In this document: one piece after another, positions 1-10,288 of the stretch | Position numbering within the stretch: the stretch's first letter is position 1 | Layout of the letters: each line of letters begins with the position of its first letter | Assembly (NCBI GenBank): GCA_963677545.2 | Contig: CAXXKH010000045.1 | Location: forward strand, 167,864 to 231,863 | Origin: Desulfobacterales bacterium | Lineage (GTDB): Bacteria; Desulfobacterota; Desulfobacteria; Desulfobacterales; JAFDDL01 | Direction of reading: 5' to 3' | DNA: 64,000 bases | Notes under the pieces: model-generated | What the model saw: the letters and a program-made list of their open reading frames with translations, nothing else | Told to the model about the DNA's origin: nothing | The model's database searches: none | Translations under genes and position numbers: made by a program

Positions 1-62
1 ATTTTATAATTTTAATAGGTCCCATATGTCTTATAGGACTTATACGACCTATCTTTTTCTCT

Positions 63-830
63 CTACTCCTCGGCGGCTATTGCCGCCTTGATAAATTCCC
101 GGTTCATTCTTGCGATGTTGGTAATTGAAATCTCCTTGGGGCATTCGGCCTCGCATTCTCTTTCATTCGAACAGTTCCCGAAACCCATTTCATCCATGGT
201 TTCAAGCATCCGGATTGCCCGACGGGCCGCCTCCGGCTTTCCCTGCGGCAGCAGGGCAAGGTGCGATATCTTAGCGGCAGTAAACAACATGGCGGATGCA
301 TTCGGACATGCCGCGACACAGGCGCCGCAACCGATACAGGCAGCAGCGTCCATGGCTTTTTCCGAATCCGAAACCGGTATCGGAATCGCATTGGCATCCG
401 GTGTGCCGCCGGTATTGACGGAGATATAGCCACCGGCCTGAATGATTTTATCGAGGGGACTTCTGTCCACCACAAGGTCCTTGATCACCTTGAAAGCCTT
501 GGCACGCCAGGGTTCGATAAAAATAGTGTCGCCATTCACAAAATGCCGCATATGGAGCTGACAGAGTGTCGTTCCTTTTTCGGGCCCATGGGGGCGGCCG
601 TTCACCACGGCGCCGCACATACCACAGATGCCTTCCCTGCAATCATGATCGAAAGCGATGGGATCATCTCCATTAAGGGTGAGTCTTTCGTTGACCACAT
701 CGAGCATTTCCAGAAACGACATCTCCGGCGAGATCCCGTCGGCCGGGTAGGTCACAAGGCGACCGCGTTTATCTTCTCCCTCCTGCCGCCAGACTTTCAG
801 CGTCAGGTTCAGGGGCTGTTTGCTGCTCAT
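63..830 (-). CDS. sdhB: succinate dehydrogenase/fumarate reductase iron-sulfur subunit
   Basis: 255-aa ORF with three Cys clusters ([10 protein letters not shown]; [12 protein letters not shown]; [12 protein letters not shown]) typical of the Fe-S subunit. It overlaps the flavoprotein gene by 4 nt. Confidence 0.9.
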   Translation of the reverse strand: MSSKQPLNLTLKVWRQEGEDKRGRLVTYPADGISPEMSFLEMLDVVNERLTLNGDDPIAFDHDCREGICGMCGAVVNGRPHGPEKGTTLCQLHMRHFVNGDTIFIEPWRAKAFKVIKDLVVDRSPLDKIIQAGGYISVNTGGTPDANAIPIPVSDSEKAMDAAACIGCGACVAACPNASAMLFTAAKISHLALLPQGKPEAARRAIRMLETMDEMGFGNCSNERECEAECPKEISITNIARMNREFIKAAIAAEE

Positions 831-2740
831 TTGTAGCTCCTTTGAGTTAGGGGTACGTGTTCGAATGTCAGCGGTTCCTTATTGAGTACAGGATCGGCTT
901 CAGGCCCCTTAAATTCCCAGGCGGATGCATGGCAGAAGTTCTCGTCGTCCCGCAGGGCCTCGTTTTCATCGGTCTGGAAGGCTTCATTGAAGTGCCCGCC
1001 GCAAGATTCCTGCCGGGTCCTGGCATCGATCAGGAGAAGTTCGGCAAATTCGAGAAAATCCGCCACCCGTCCTGCACGTTCCAGGCTCTGGTTCAATTTC
1101 TCACGGGTGCCCGGCACGTTCACGTTTTCCCAGAATTCGGCCCGAAGGGCACGAACCATTTCCCGGGCTTTTTCAAGCCCTTCATTGTTCCGGCTCATGC
1201 CGCAGTGTTCCCACAAAATGTTTCCGAGGGCTTTGTGAAAATCGTCCACGGTCCGCTTTCCCTGAACCGCCAGAAGTCGGCTTACCCGCTCATCGGATTC
1301 AGTCACGGCATCTTTGAATGCAGGATGTTCGGCGGAGATTTGGGGAAGGGAGGTGCCGGCGAGATATCCGCCGATGGTATAGGGCAATACAAAGTATCCG
1401 TCGGCAAGGCCCTGCATGAGAGCGCTGGCGCCCAGCCGGTTTGCCCCGTGGTCGGAGAAGTTGGCCTCCCCGAGCACAAACAGCCCGTCGATGGTGCTCA
1501 TCAGATTGTAATCCACCCACAAGCCGCCCATGGTATAATGTACCGCGGGGTAAATCATCATGGGTGTCTCGTAAGGATTTTCCGCTGTAATTTTTTCATA
1601 CATCTGAAACAGGTTGCCGTATTTCTTTTCGATAACGTCCTTGCCACTTCGCTCGATGGCGTCCGCGAAATCGAGATAAACCGCATACCCCGTATCGCCG
1701 ACCCCTTTTCCGGCATCACACTGGGCCTTTGAGTTCCGGGAAGCCACATCCCGGGGAACGAGGTTTCCGAAGCTCGGGTATTTGGTCTCCAGAAAATAGT
1801 CTCGATCCGATTCTGGAATGTCTCGTGGCGGGCGTTTGTCCTCCGGGTTTTTGGGCACCCATACCCTGCCGTCATTTCGAAGACTTTCACTCATAAGGGT
1901 CAACTTCGACTGGTAGTCGCCATGGACCGGAATACAGGTGGGATGTATCTGGGTAAAGCAGGGATTGGCAAAAAACGCCCCTTTGCGATATGCCCGGTAA
2001 GTAGCTGTCACATTACAGGCCATCGCGTTAGTGGAGAGAAAAAACACATTGCCGTATCCCCCGGTGCAAAGCACTACGGCATCCCCCACATGGGTTTCGG
2101 TCTCGCCCGTGATCAGGTTACGCGTGACGATCCCCCGTGCTTTTCCATCCGCCACCACAAGTTCCAGCATCTCCCGCCGGGGAAACATCTCGACATTTCC
2201 CGCGCCGATCTGGCGCGACAGGGCGCTGTAGGCCCCGAGAAGAAGTTGCTGCCCCGTCTGACCTCTTGCGTAAAAGGTCCGGGACACCTGGGCGCCGCCA
2301 AAGGATCGGTTGGCCAGCAGGCCGCCGTATTCCCGGGCGAAGGGAACGCCCTGGGCGACGCATTGGTCGATAATCTCAGTGCTGATCTGGGAAAGACGAT
2401 ACACATTGGCTTCCCGGGCACGAAAATCCCCCCCCTTCACCGTATCGTAGAAAAGCCGCCGGATACTGTCGCCGTCGTTCTGGTAATTTTTGGCCGCGTT
2501 GATGCCGCCCTGAGCCGCAATGCTGTGAGCCCGGCGGGGACTGTCCTGAATACAGAAACTCTTTACGCGGTAACCGAGCTCCGCAAGCGTCGCGGCCGCG
2601 GATCCGCCGGCAAGGCCGGTACCCACCACGATCACGGTGAATTTGCGCTTGTTCGCGGGATTTACGAGTTTGAGATCAAACCGGTGCCGGTCCCATTTTT
2701 CCGAGATCGGGCCGCCGGGTATTTTAGCATCCAATGCCAT
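827..2740 (-). CDS. sdhA: succinate dehydrogenase/fumarate reductase flavoprotein subunit
   Basis: 637-aa ORF with an N-terminal FAD fold ([12 protein letters not shown]), [14 protein letters not shown] (covalent-FAD His region) and [10 protein letters not shown]. It lies between the cytochrome b and Fe-S subunit genes. Confidence 0.92.
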   Translation of the reverse strand: MALDAKIPGGPISEKWDRHRFDLKLVNPANKRKFTVIVVGTGLAGGSAAATLAELGYRVKSFCIQDSPRRAHSIAAQGGINAAKNYQNDGDSIRRLFYDTVKGGDFRAREANVYRLSQISTEIIDQCVAQGVPFAREYGGLLANRSFGGAQVSRTFYARGQTGQQLLLGAYSALSRQIGAGNVEMFPRREMLELVVADGKARGIVTRNLITGETETHVGDAVVLCTGGYGNVFFLSTNAMACNVTATYRAYRKGAFFANPCFTQIHPTCIPVHGDYQSKLTLMSESLRNDGRVWVPKNPEDKRPPRDIPESDRDYFLETKYPSFGNLVPRDVASRNSKAQCDAGKGVGDTGYAVYLDFADAIERSGKDVIEKKYGNLFQMYEKITAENPYETPMMIYPAVHYTMGGLWVDYNLMSTIDGLFVLGEANFSDHGANRLGASALMQGLADGYFVLPYTIGGYLAGTSLPQISAEHPAFKDAVTESDERVSRLLAVQGKRTVDDFHKALGNILWEHCGMSRNNEGLEKAREMVRALRAEFWENVNVPGTREKLNQSLERAGRVADFLEFAELLLIDARTRQESCGGHFNEAFQTDENEALRDDENFCHASAWEFKGPEADPVLNKEPLTFEHVPLTQRSYK

Positions 2741-2756
2741 ATTCCTACCCCTTTTC

Positions 2757-3398
2757 CTAAACGGTCAGTGACAGATAGACGGGCAGACTTCCAAAGCCGG
2801 CGGCAACCACGATGGCCAGCAAAAGTCCAAGTCCCTTGATCAGCGGCGTGTATTTCCGGTGATTCAGCCCAAAGCTCTGAAAAGCGCTCCAGAAGCCGTG
2901 GCTGACATGTACCCCCGCAACCACAACAGCAGCTATATACAGGGCGATGTACACCGGGCTCTGAAACGCCGCGGAGACAATCTCATAAATCGACGTCCCG
3001 GTCTTATCCACAAATGTGAATTGAAACAGGTGAAACAGGACAAAACATAGGAGCAACACCCCGGTGTACGGCATTGTGATAGAGCCAAGGGTTCGTCCGC
3101 CGGCCCGTTTGTTCACCCGGTACCGGACCGGGCGGGCTGCGAGATTCTGAAAAAATAGAAAAAGCCCTGTACCGATATGTACCAGGGCGAAACAGATAAG
3201 ACCCGCCTCCACTACCCTGAGAACAATGCCCAGGGATTGGATGTGTTCCGCATAGCTGTTAAACAGATCACGGCCTCCGTAAATCGTGAAATTACCCAAC
3301 AGATGCCCCGCCAGAAAACCGCAGAAACAGAGCCCGGTAACAGCCATCAACAGCTTTTTCCCCACTGATGTGGAGACCTTTGCTTTCCATCCGTTCAT
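2757..3398 (-). CDS. sdhC: succinate dehydrogenase/fumarate reductase cytochrome b membrane anchor (single large subunit, B-type)
   Basis: 213-aa hydrophobic ORF with about five TM segments and conserved His residues. It is the first gene of the sdhC-A-B ordered operon. Confidence 0.75.
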   Translation of the reverse strand: MNGWKAKVSTSVGKKLLMAVTGLCFCGFLAGHLLGNFTIYGGRDLFNSYAEHIQSLGIVLRVVEAGLICFALVHIGTGLFLFFQNLAARPVRYRVNKRAGGRTLGSITMPYTGVLLLCFVLFHLFQFTFVDKTGTSIYEIVSAAFQSPVYIALYIAAVVVAGVHVSHGFWSAFQSFGLNHRKYTPLIKGLGLLLAIVVAAGFGSLPVYLSLTV

Positions 3399-3732
3399 TT
3401 AACTGTTCTCCTGAAAAATCTGTTTGAAATCTCCAATATACCAATATTGTTACGACTATAATTGCGAAAATTAAATGTCAACAACAATTCCGTGAACACG
3501 GCACGGGACATCGATACCCGGCTGGAAGAAGTGTGTGTTCTCCTCTTGATACGTTAATGAAAACATGAGAAACATGGCGGGTAAATGAGTGGATGATCAA
3601 GTAACGACATCCAACTTGAGCCAATTTTAAAATGCCCTTTTGAGCAAATCTCCGCACCGGTAGATCCCGCGTGCAGTGAAAAAATGTTTAAATTGGTTCA
3701 ACTCATCTTCCGCATTTTCAAGAGGGACCGGA

Positions 3733-4611
3733 ATGACCGTTCACTTAATTGAAATCCCCCAGGATTCACCCGGGTTCAATCAATTTATCGGCGCCTGGGC
3801 ACATATTGGGAAAACAAATTTCCTCGTCGACGTGGGGCCTGCCAACACCGCATACCGTTTGATTGATGCACTTGGATCACTCGGCATAGGCCGGCTCGAC
3901 TACATTCTTTTGACGCACATTCATATCGACCACGCCGGCGCCCTGGCGGATGTGCTTGAACACTACCCCATGGCCAGGGTGATCTGCCATGAAAAAGCGA
4001 TTCCGTTTTTGGTGAACCCGTCAAAGCTCTGGACCGGAAGCCTTTCGGTCCTGGGAGAAACGGCGCGGATGTACGGGATGCCCGGGCCTGTGGAAGGGAA
4101 ACGATTGATATCGCACGGCCAATGCAATATCGAAGGCCTCACTATCGTGGAAACCCCGGGTCATGCGGCCCATCATCTCAGCTTCAGCTATGAAGGCCGC
4201 CTCTTTGCGGGAGAAGCCGCGGGTAACTACCTGTCACTGAACAAAGGAACCTATCTCCGGCCGGCGACACCGCCCCGGTTTTTCATGGCGGCCTACACCG
4301 ACAGCCTGGAACGGCTTCTCGCCCTCGAAAATCAGGTTCTTTGCTACGGCCATTTCGGAGAAGCCCCGGATTCCCATGAAATGATCGGCCGATTTCATGA
4401 CCAACTCCACAGGTGGGAAGACATCATCATGGAAGAATTTCCTAAAAAAGAAGAAGATCCCATCCCCGGGTGCATGACGGCACTCCTCGAAAAGGATCCT
4501 GAATTGAAGCTATTCGGGGAATTACCCCCGTCGATTCAAGACCGGGAGAAATTCTTTCTCTCCAATTCCATCAACGGGTACATCGGATTCATGCGGGATA
4601 GACAAGGATAA
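3733..4611 (+). CDS. MBL-fold metallo-hydrolase
   Basis: The HIHIDHAG motif (HxHxDH) and downstream His residues are typical of the metallo-beta-lactamase fold. The ORF opens at a GTG at 3676, but the ATG at 3733 (MTVHLIEIP) follows a purine-rich RBS. Confidence 0.8.
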   Translation: MTVHLIEIPQDSPGFNQFIGAWAHIGKTNFLVDVGPANTAYRLIDALGSLGIGRLDYILLTHIHIDHAGALADVLEHYPMARVICHEKAIPFLVNPSKLWTGSLSVLGETARMYGMPGPVEGKRLISHGQCNIEGLTIVETPGHAAHHLSFSYEGRLFAGEAAGNYLSLNKGTYLRPATPPRFFMAAYTDSLERLLALENQVLCYGHFGEAPDSHEMIGRFHDQLHRWEDIIMEEFPKKEEDPIPGCMTALLEKDPELKLFGELPPSIQDREKFFLSNSINGYIGFMRDRQG

Positions 4612-4621
4612 CAACACTTCT

Positions 4622-7090
4622 TTATCGCCGCTTGAGATGGGCAAGAACCAGTTTGATGTCGCCATAGGAATACTCACTGCCGAGAGCCGTTTTCAGCTCC
4701 TTTAAGGATTTCCCCGGCATATCGACGATTTTTTGTTCGATAATTCGCCGGGACTCGTCCTTCACGACCCGGTCGATCTCAAGCTCGCCCGTCGACACGA
4801 AATGGGCCAGATGGCCTTCGATAGTGGCGAGTGCCAGCCCCCGTTCGGCGGCGATTCCAGGGATTGAAAGCCCCTGCTGGAACAGATCGAAAGAGAATTT
4901 TTTGGTATCTTTTTTCTCTTTCGGCGTTTTCGGTTCGGCATTTCGTTTTTCCGGAGGGTGGCCGGCAGGAGGGTCTGGAAGTGTCACATGTTCAATTCCG
5001 TGCTCCCGGCGATAGTCGGTCACCATCTGGACAAGTTCTTCACCGTATCGTTCGGCCAGGCGCTTTCCAATACCCCGGATTGCTTTCAGGGCGGAAATGG
5101 AATCGGGTAGACGAATTGCGATTTCGACGAGAGTCTTTTGATGAAGGACCTGAAAATGAGGGACACCTTCTTCGTCAGCCTTTTGTTTCCGCCATCCCCG
5201 GAGAATTTCAAACAGGTCCGTATGATCCACATCCGCTTCGGAATAGACGACGGTTGGGGCTTTGGGTTTGGCCGATCCCAGATCCATGGTCGCAAGGGAA
5301 ACGGCTCGAAGATAAGCTTCCGGTGTGAACCCGTCTCCGCAGGACCGCACCCCGGCCAATTTGGCGGCGGTCTCTTCCTTCAGCAGTTTGACGGCGTTGC
5401 TGATTTTCTTTCGGATCTCTTTGTTGTCCGTGTCCACGGCAAGATTCCCAATGTAGGGCAGAAGGATTAAATCGAATTTTTCCTGAAAATAGACAGCCGC
5501 TTTTCCAAGCCTCTCCAGAATAGCGGGGTCCCGGACCGGTTCGACGTCATTTTTGAACATCCCCCGAAGCTGACGTCTGAATTTTTCGCCGACGGTACGG
5601 ATTTCCGTCCCGGCACGCTCATGAATAACAGAAATATCACCGCCGCCCGAAATCCGGATCACACGGTCATTGCTCCGGAGGAGTCCCTGGAGACGTCCGA
5701 GACATCCGTCAAGCCGCTCGAAGCTGAAGCACTCCAGGAGCAGCCGTTGCTGGTACCGGCTTTTTTCTGCCGTCACTTTTTCCGGCGTCAACGCATAAGC
5801 GGCGGCTTCCCCGGCAAACTGTCTGACGGTGTTGTCAACCCTGATGGATTGTTGGGTAAGGGGCGAACTCAACACCATCCCCTCGAAACTCCGGCAGCGG
5901 CTCAGGGCCACATATACCTGGCCATGTGCAAAAGAGGCCTGTGCGTCGATGACCGCTTTGTCGAAAGTAAGCCCCTGACTTTTATGAATCGTGATGGCCC
6001 AGGCCAGTTTCAGCGGGTACTGGTTGAAGGTTCCGATCACCTTCTGGGTTATCTCGGCCGTTTCCGGGTCGATGCCGTATTCGATATTTTCCCATGTGCT
6101 CTTCTCTACCGTGATCGTTTCGGAGTCCTCCGGGCAGCGCACCCTGATCGAACCATTCCCTACCCCGGTAACCGTGCCAATTTTTCCGTTAAAGTAACGT
6201 TTTTCGGGCGACACGTCATTTCTGACGAACATCACCTGTGCGCCCTCTTTTACTTCCAGCCGAGGGGCGGTCGGGTATGCATACTCGGGGAAATCGCCCT
6301 CCAACTCAGCATTATAATAATGGCCCGGCCCGGCCAGGGCATTGAGTTTGGCCTCATTGATGGCATCGGCATTACGGTTATGGGTGCACAAGGTGATGTA
6401 GCCATCTTCGTCCGGCGGAGAAAAATCCGGGAAATAGCGGGAATTGAGTTTCTTGAGAGTCGAACCATCGAGGCTATTGTTCCGGACACGGCCAAGAAGC
6501 TCGATAAAGTGATGGTCCGACTGTCGGTAGACATGTTTTAATTCGACGGGAATCAGCTCAGTGCGGCGAAGCGCGTTACTATCGAAAAAATAGGGGGATT
6601 TGTAGTATGTTCCCAGAAGCTCCCATTCATCGCTCTTGACCACCGGAGACAACTGCTGCAAATCGCCGATCATGAGCAGTTGCACCCCGCCGAATGGCAG
6701 ATCGCTTTTTCGATAACGCCTCAGTACAGTATCCACTCCGTCGAGCAGATCGGCACGGACCATGCTGATTTCGTCGATAACCAGCAGGTCGAGACTCCGC
6801 ATAATGTTCTTTTTTTCACGCCTGACCCGGTGTTTTTCAAGAAATACTTCACCGCCGGGAACAAACGGGCCAAACGGCATCTGGAAAAAGGAGTGGAGGG
6901 TAACACCGCCCGCATTGATGGCGGCGACACCCGTTGGCGCCGTGACAACCATCCGCTTGTGGGTCTCTTTTTGAATGGCATGCAAAAAGGTGGTTTTACC
7001 GGTTCCGGCCTTCCCGGTCAGAAATATATTGCAGTCGGTATGCCGGACCAGCTCTTCGGCTTGTTGTAGTTCTATATTGGATGTGCTCAT
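4622..7090 (-). CDS. PIF1/RecD-family (SF1B) helicase with C-terminal HRDC/HTH-like region
   Basis: 822 aa. Walker A FLTGKAGTGKTT, Walker B LLVIDEISMV, and the late motif ITIHKSQGLTF typical of PIF1/RecD-type helicases. A C-terminal region of about 250 aa resembles HRDC plus an HTH. Confidence 0.8.
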   Translation of the reverse strand: MSTSNIELQQAEELVRHTDCNIFLTGKAGTGKTTFLHAIQKETHKRMVVTAPTGVAAINAGGVTLHSFFQMPFGPFVPGGEVFLEKHRVRREKKNIMRSLDLLVIDEISMVRADLLDGVDTVLRRYRKSDLPFGGVQLLMIGDLQQLSPVVKSDEWELLGTYYKSPYFFDSNALRRTELIPVELKHVYRQSDHHFIELLGRVRNNSLDGSTLKKLNSRYFPDFSPPDEDGYITLCTHNRNADAINEAKLNALAGPGHYYNAELEGDFPEYAYPTAPRLEVKEGAQVMFVRNDVSPEKRYFNGKIGTVTGVGNGSIRVRCPEDSETITVEKSTWENIEYGIDPETAEITQKVIGTFNQYPLKLAWAITIHKSQGLTFDKAVIDAQASFAHGQVYVALSRCRSFEGMVLSSPLTQQSIRVDNTVRQFAGEAAAYALTPEKVTAEKSRYQQRLLLECFSFERLDGCLGRLQGLLRSNDRVIRISGGGDISVIHERAGTEIRTVGEKFRRQLRGMFKNDVEPVRDPAILERLGKAAVYFQEKFDLILLPYIGNLAVDTDNKEIRKKISNAVKLLKEETAAKLAGVRSCGDGFTPEAYLRAVSLATMDLGSAKPKAPTVVYSEADVDHTDLFEILRGWRKQKADEEGVPHFQVLHQKTLVEIAIRLPDSISALKAIRGIGKRLAERYGEELVQMVTDYRREHGIEHVTLPDPPAGHPPEKRNAEPKTPKEKKDTKKFSFDLFQQGLSIPGIAAERGLALATIEGHLAHFVSTGELEIDRVVKDESRRIIEQKIVDMPGKSLKELKTALGSEYSYGDIKLVLAHLKRR

Positions 7091-7101
7091 CTATCGTTTC
7101 C

Positions 7102-8067
7102 TCACAACGCAATTCGCCAGCATCGATGAATGGGGTTCCGTTTTCTCACATAGTCCTCTGGAATGGTTGCCTCCGTGATTTCCTTTATATCGGTACACTT
7201 CAGTTGCGCCGCCTGGAGTTCGAAATCCTGGTGATTGGTGGAAAAAAAGAGGGTTCCTCCCGGTTTCATCACCGCTATCGTTTCCTGGAGGAGTCTCGGG
7301 TGATCCCGGGAGATATCGAACTCTTCATTTCGTACCATCGTGGTGGAATAGGAGGGCGGGTCCACGACGGCAAGGTCGAAGCGTTCCCCGGTCCGCTTCG
7401 CTTTTTTCAGGAAGTCAAACGTATGGGCCTGGGCCAGACGGTTGTTTTCTTCCGGAAGGCCGTTGATTTTCATGTTCTCCCGTGCCCAGGTAATGGCCGT
7501 TTCGGAACGATCCACGGAGAGGGTGCTGCGTGCACCGCCCCTGGCGGCATAACAGGAAAAAGAGGCCGTATAGCAATAGAGGTTCAGGAAATCTTTTCCG
7601 GAAGCCATGTCTCTTATCATTCCGCGGGTGTTCCTGTGGTCCGAAAAGAGTCCGGTGTCGACAAAGTCATATGGATTGACCAAAAATTTCAGATCCCTCT
7701 CGGAGACAACGACCGTTCTGTCCGTGTGATCGAGTCGTTCATATCTTTTACCATCCTGCTTGCCCACACGTCTCACTTTCAAATGCAACTTTTCCGGGGG
7801 CACATCCATTGCTTTTGCAACAGCCTCGCCCATCATGGGGAGCCATTCAGGCACGGATTGGGTTCTCGAGTACTCTCCAAACACCAGGTGCCCGGCATAC
7901 CAGTCGACAACGGCACGGATTTCAGGAATATCCCAGTCATAGAGTCTGAAAACCTCGATGTTCTCTCTCGCGAACCGCTTCCTGAGATGTTTGAAGCGCT
8001 TTTTGACACGGTTCGCCAGCATTTCCGACTGATGCTGGAATTTATTCAATACTTCTTGGTCAAGCAT
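7102..8067 (-). CDS. class I SAM-dependent methyltransferase (RlmI/RlmK-like rRNA methyltransferase fold)
   Basis: 321 aa. FLNLYCYTASFS (SAM-binding motif I-like) and VVDPPSYS (DPPxF/Y motif IV) are typical of this rRNA m5C/m2G methyltransferase group. Confidence 0.65.
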   Translation of the reverse strand: MLDQEVLNKFQHQSEMLANRVKKRFKHLRKRFARENIEVFRLYDWDIPEIRAVVDWYAGHLVFGEYSRTQSVPEWLPMMGEAVAKAMDVPPEKLHLKVRRVGKQDGKRYERLDHTDRTVVVSERDLKFLVNPYDFVDTGLFSDHRNTRGMIRDMASGKDFLNLYCYTASFSCYAARGGARSTLSVDRSETAITWARENMKINGLPEENNRLAQAHTFDFLKKAKRTGERFDLAVVDPPSYSTTMVRNEEFDISRDHPRLLQETIAVMKPGGTLFFSTNHQDFELQAAQLKCTDIKEITEATIPEDYVRKRNPIHRCWRIAL

Positions 8068-8141
8068 TAGGCCCTTTCCTTATAATCAGTGAACTTTGGA
8101 AATGTTGATCTCCGGCTGATTCAGTATGACACGCGTTCCTG

Positions 8142-9161
8142 TCAATCCCGGGGAGATTTTTCGGTAGCCGATTTCTGCCAGGTCTTTGTGTGGAAATCGA
8201 ATCCTTTTTCGTTCAAAAGATAGAGGCAGGCATCCACCACCTGCGGATCGTAAAGAATACCTTTTTGATCCTCAATCTCCGATTTGGCCTCTTCCAGCCC
8301 CACGGAGGGCCGGTAAGGTCGGAAAAAGGTCATGGATTCCACGACATCCGCCACACCAAGGATCCGGGCCTCCATCAGGATCTCATCCCCCTTGAGTCCA
8401 CGGGGGTATCCACTTCCATCGAGACGTTCGTGATGCTGATAAATGGTTTCAGCCAGCGGCCAGGGGAAATCGATATTTTTAAGAATGTCATGCGCCGTTC
8501 CGGGATGCATTCTGATGATGGCCATCTCCGGTTCAGACATTGGACCGGATTTATTTAGTATCGCATAAGGGATGACGATTTTCCCCAAATCATGCACAGC
8601 GGCGGCCATCCGCAAGCCCTGTATTCGATCCCAGGAAAATTCGAGTTCCGTTGCAATGGCCCGGCACAGTTTGGCCACCCGTCGCTGATGACCCGCCGTA
8701 TAGGGGTCCCGTTTTTCAATGGTCGTGGACATTGCCTGGATAAGCGATCCCATGTTTTTCCGCATGCGCTCCTGGTTGAGATGGAGTTCACTCTGACATT
8801 TGTGGAGAACCTCGGCATCCGATACTTTCTCGACCAGACCGGCGAATTGACCTTCAGAATCTTTAAGCGCAATGGCAGTTACCACCCATGGCAAATGTTT
8901 TTCGACCTTACAGTGCTGCCGACCGTTATAAAGCTTTGAACTCTTATTGACTTGAATATTCGCCAGTGGACAATCCGTAGTACCGCAAAGAGTGCCTGGA
9001 AACGCCTCATAACACTTCCTTCCGACAGTTTCCGAAGCATCCTTCCCGATCAGATGCAAAAATGCCGAATTGGCGAACTGAATGGTGTAATCGCGGTCCG
9101 TCACCATCAAACCGTCCGGAAAAACCTGGAATATCTGTTCCCAGTCCATTTGATCAGTCAT
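8142..9161 (-). CDS. PAS domain / HD-GYP domain phosphodiesterase-type signalling protein
   Basis: 339 aa with an N-terminal PAS-like region. The HD motif (AAAVHDLGK) and HHERLDGSGYPRG are diagnostic of HD-GYP. Confidence 0.85.
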   Translation of the reverse strand: MTDQMDWEQIFQVFPDGLMVTDRDYTIQFANSAFLHLIGKDASETVGRKCYEAFPGTLCGTTDCPLANIQVNKSSKLYNGRQHCKVEKHLPWVVTAIALKDSEGQFAGLVEKVSDAEVLHKCQSELHLNQERMRKNMGSLIQAMSTTIEKRDPYTAGHQRRVAKLCRAIATELEFSWDRIQGLRMAAAVHDLGKIVIPYAILNKSGPMSEPEMAIIRMHPGTAHDILKNIDFPWPLAETIYQHHERLDGSGYPRGLKGDEILMEARILGVADVVESMTFFRPYRPSVGLEEAKSEIEDQKGILYDPQVVDACLYLLNEKGFDFHTKTWQKSATEKSPRD

Positions 9162-9432
9162 ATGCAGGTCGCTCGCTCAACAATCTTTGAGGTTTTCTCC
9201 AGCTTTCTTCTCATAGCCTTTGTCGATAATCCCGTCAACAAGGAGCGGTTTTTCGATTCATCCCGAGTTACATTTTTTCCTGTTTCCGGCACGTCGTATA
9301 TGTACTTTTCCATTCCGGATAATTTCATCAAATTTGATGCAATTTTCCCTTGACTTCCCATCCATTCTCTATTAGAAACGCTTTCACATTCGATGCTCCG
9401 CGCTCGTAAGCGGAGTTTAGCTACGGTAATAT

Positions 9433-9508
9433 TCCCCAGTAGCTCAGTCGGCAGAGCAAGTGGCTGTTAACCACTGTGTCCGCGGTTCAAGTCCGTGCTG
9501 GGGAGCCA
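9433..9508 (+). tRNA. tRNA-Asn (anticodon GTT), intact, with encoded CCA
   Basis: Manual cloverleaf: acceptor TCCCCAG/CTGGGGA, D arm GCTC-AGTCGGCA-GAGC, anticodon arm AGTGG-CTGTTAA-CCACT, T arm CGCGG-TTCAAGT-CCGTG, discriminator G plus CCA. Confidence 0.9.
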
Positions 9509-9515
9509 AATATAG

Positions 9516-9548
9516 AGCCCGATCAATTCTGGTCGGGCTTTTTCTTTT
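9516..9548 (+). terminator. rho-independent terminator after tRNA-Asn, repeated at 9883-9915
   Basis: Stem agcccga/tcgggct followed by the T-rich tract ttttcttttc. An identical copy sits 367 bp downstream. Confidence 0.65.
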
Positions 9549-9561
9549 CACCGAGCATGCC

Positions 9562-9837
9562 ATGTCATTTTGCGTTTACATTCTCCAAAGTCAATCCAAC
9601 GGCCGTTTCTATTGTGGGTATTCTGATGATCCTGTACGTCGTCTCCGGCAACACAATGACCCCGAGTATCGACTATCCAGAACAACGAAAGTGATCCAAG
9701 GCCCATGGAAAATTGTTCATACAATTCAATGTGAAACCAGAAGCCAAGCCATGAATTTGGAAAAGCGCGTTAAAAAGCGTGGCATTAAAAGATTCCTTGA
9801 AACAGCATCGGCAGAGTCCCGCTTAAAGCGGGATTAA
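9562..9837 (+). CDS. small GIY-YIG nuclease family protein (copy 1, Cys at codon 4)
   Basis: 91 aa: FCVYILQSQSNGRFYCGYSDDPVRRLRQHN ... E..VKKRG, the pattern of small GIY-YIG (COG2827-like) proteins. The TAA stop lies in the following tRNA-fragment copy. Confidence 0.8.
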   Translation: MSFCVYILQSQSNGRFYCGYSDDPVRRLRQHNDPEYRLSRTTKVIQGPWKIVHTIQCETRSQAMNLEKRVKKRGIKRFLETASAESRLKRD

Positions 9838-9928
9838 CCACTGTGTCCGCGGTTCAAGTCCGTGCTGGGGAGCCAAATATAGAGCCCGATCAATTCTGGT
9901 CGGGCTTTTTCTTTTCACCGAGCATGCC

Positions 9929-10204
9929 ATGTCATTTTACGTTTACATTCTCCAAAGTCAATCCAACGGCCGTTTCTATTGTGGGTATTCTGATGATCCT
10001 GTACGTCGTCTCCGGCAACACAATGACCCCGAGTATCGACTATCCAGAACAACGAAAGTGATCCAAGGCCCATGGAAAATTGTTCATACAATTCAATGTG
10101 AAACCAGAAGCCAAGCCATGAATTTGGAAAAGCGCGTTAAAAAGCGTGGCATTAAAAGATTCCTTGAAACAGCATCGGCAGAGTCCCGCTTAAAGCGGGA
10201 TTAA
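9929..10204 (+). CDS. small GIY-YIG nuclease family protein (copy 2, canonical FYVYIL)
   Basis: Identical to copy 1 except Tyr at codon 4. It has the same position within the 367-bp unit. Confidence 0.8.
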   Translation: MSFYVYILQSQSNGRFYCGYSDDPVRRLRQHNDPEYRLSRTTKVIQGPWKIVHTIQCETRSQAMNLEKRVKKRGIKRFLETASAESRLKRD

Positions 10205-10242
10205 CCACTGTGTCCGCGGTTCAAGTCCGTACTGGGGAGCCA
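10201..10242 (+). pseudogene. displaced tRNA-Asn 3-prime half, probably the original one
   Basis: The 42 nt are identical to 9467-9508 except G to A at 10231 (T-stem position). It has no matching 5-prime half and is followed by a different terminator. Confidence 0.8.
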
Positions 10243-10252
10243 ATATATTAAA

Positions 10253-10288
10253 GGGTTTACAAGGAATTAATCTTGTAAGCCCTTTTTT
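10253..10288 (+). terminator. rho-independent terminator, likely the ancestral tRNA-Asn terminator
   Basis: Stem gggtttacaag/cttgtaagccc followed by tttttt. Confidence 0.6.

Larger units (their letters stand above)
9467..10242 (+). repeat. tandem array of two 367-bp units (9467-9833, 9834-10200) plus a third 42-nt copy of the tRNA-Asn 3-prime half
   Basis: Direct reading shows that the units differ at one position (9572 g versus 9939 a). Each unit begins at TTAACC in the anticodon loop. Confidence 0.95.

Noticed and set aside
857-2839. Long antisense ORFs within sdhA (857-1732, 1922-2839), with similar cases opposite the methyltransferase (7081-8070), Mo enzyme (16079-18043), ATPase (48851-50083), cco/act genes (54589-56516, 57339-60027) and actB (61202-62596)
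   Set aside because: These are shadow ORFs on the opposite strand of GC-rich genes that carry strong motif evidence. Their translations are Arg/Gly/Pro-rich and of low complexity.
9158-9361. 67-aa ORF immediately upstream of the HD-GYP gene, with an ATGA overlap
   Set aside because: The overlap hints at translational coupling, but the ORF has no recognisable motif and lies in a likely promoter/leader region. Support is insufficient without comparative or expression data.
9460-9837. 125-aa ORF that extends the GIY-YIG protein N-terminally through the tRNA-Asn 3-prime half
   Set aside because: The extension is translated tRNA and terminator sequence. The conserved GIY-YIG core starts at the internal ATG at 9562, matching the 91-aa second copy.
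9476-10061. Two identical 72-aa ORFs (9476-9694 and 9843-10061) in another frame of the repeat units
   Set aside because: They start inside the tRNA fragment, run through the terminator and overlap the GIY-YIG frame. There is no motif, so they are most likely frame artefacts of the duplicated unit.
9467-10242. Possibility that the regularly spaced repeats are a CRISPR array
   Set aside because: The period is 367 bp, the spacers are identical to each other and contain an ORF, and the repeat is a tRNA 3-prime half. No cas genes are present in the window.
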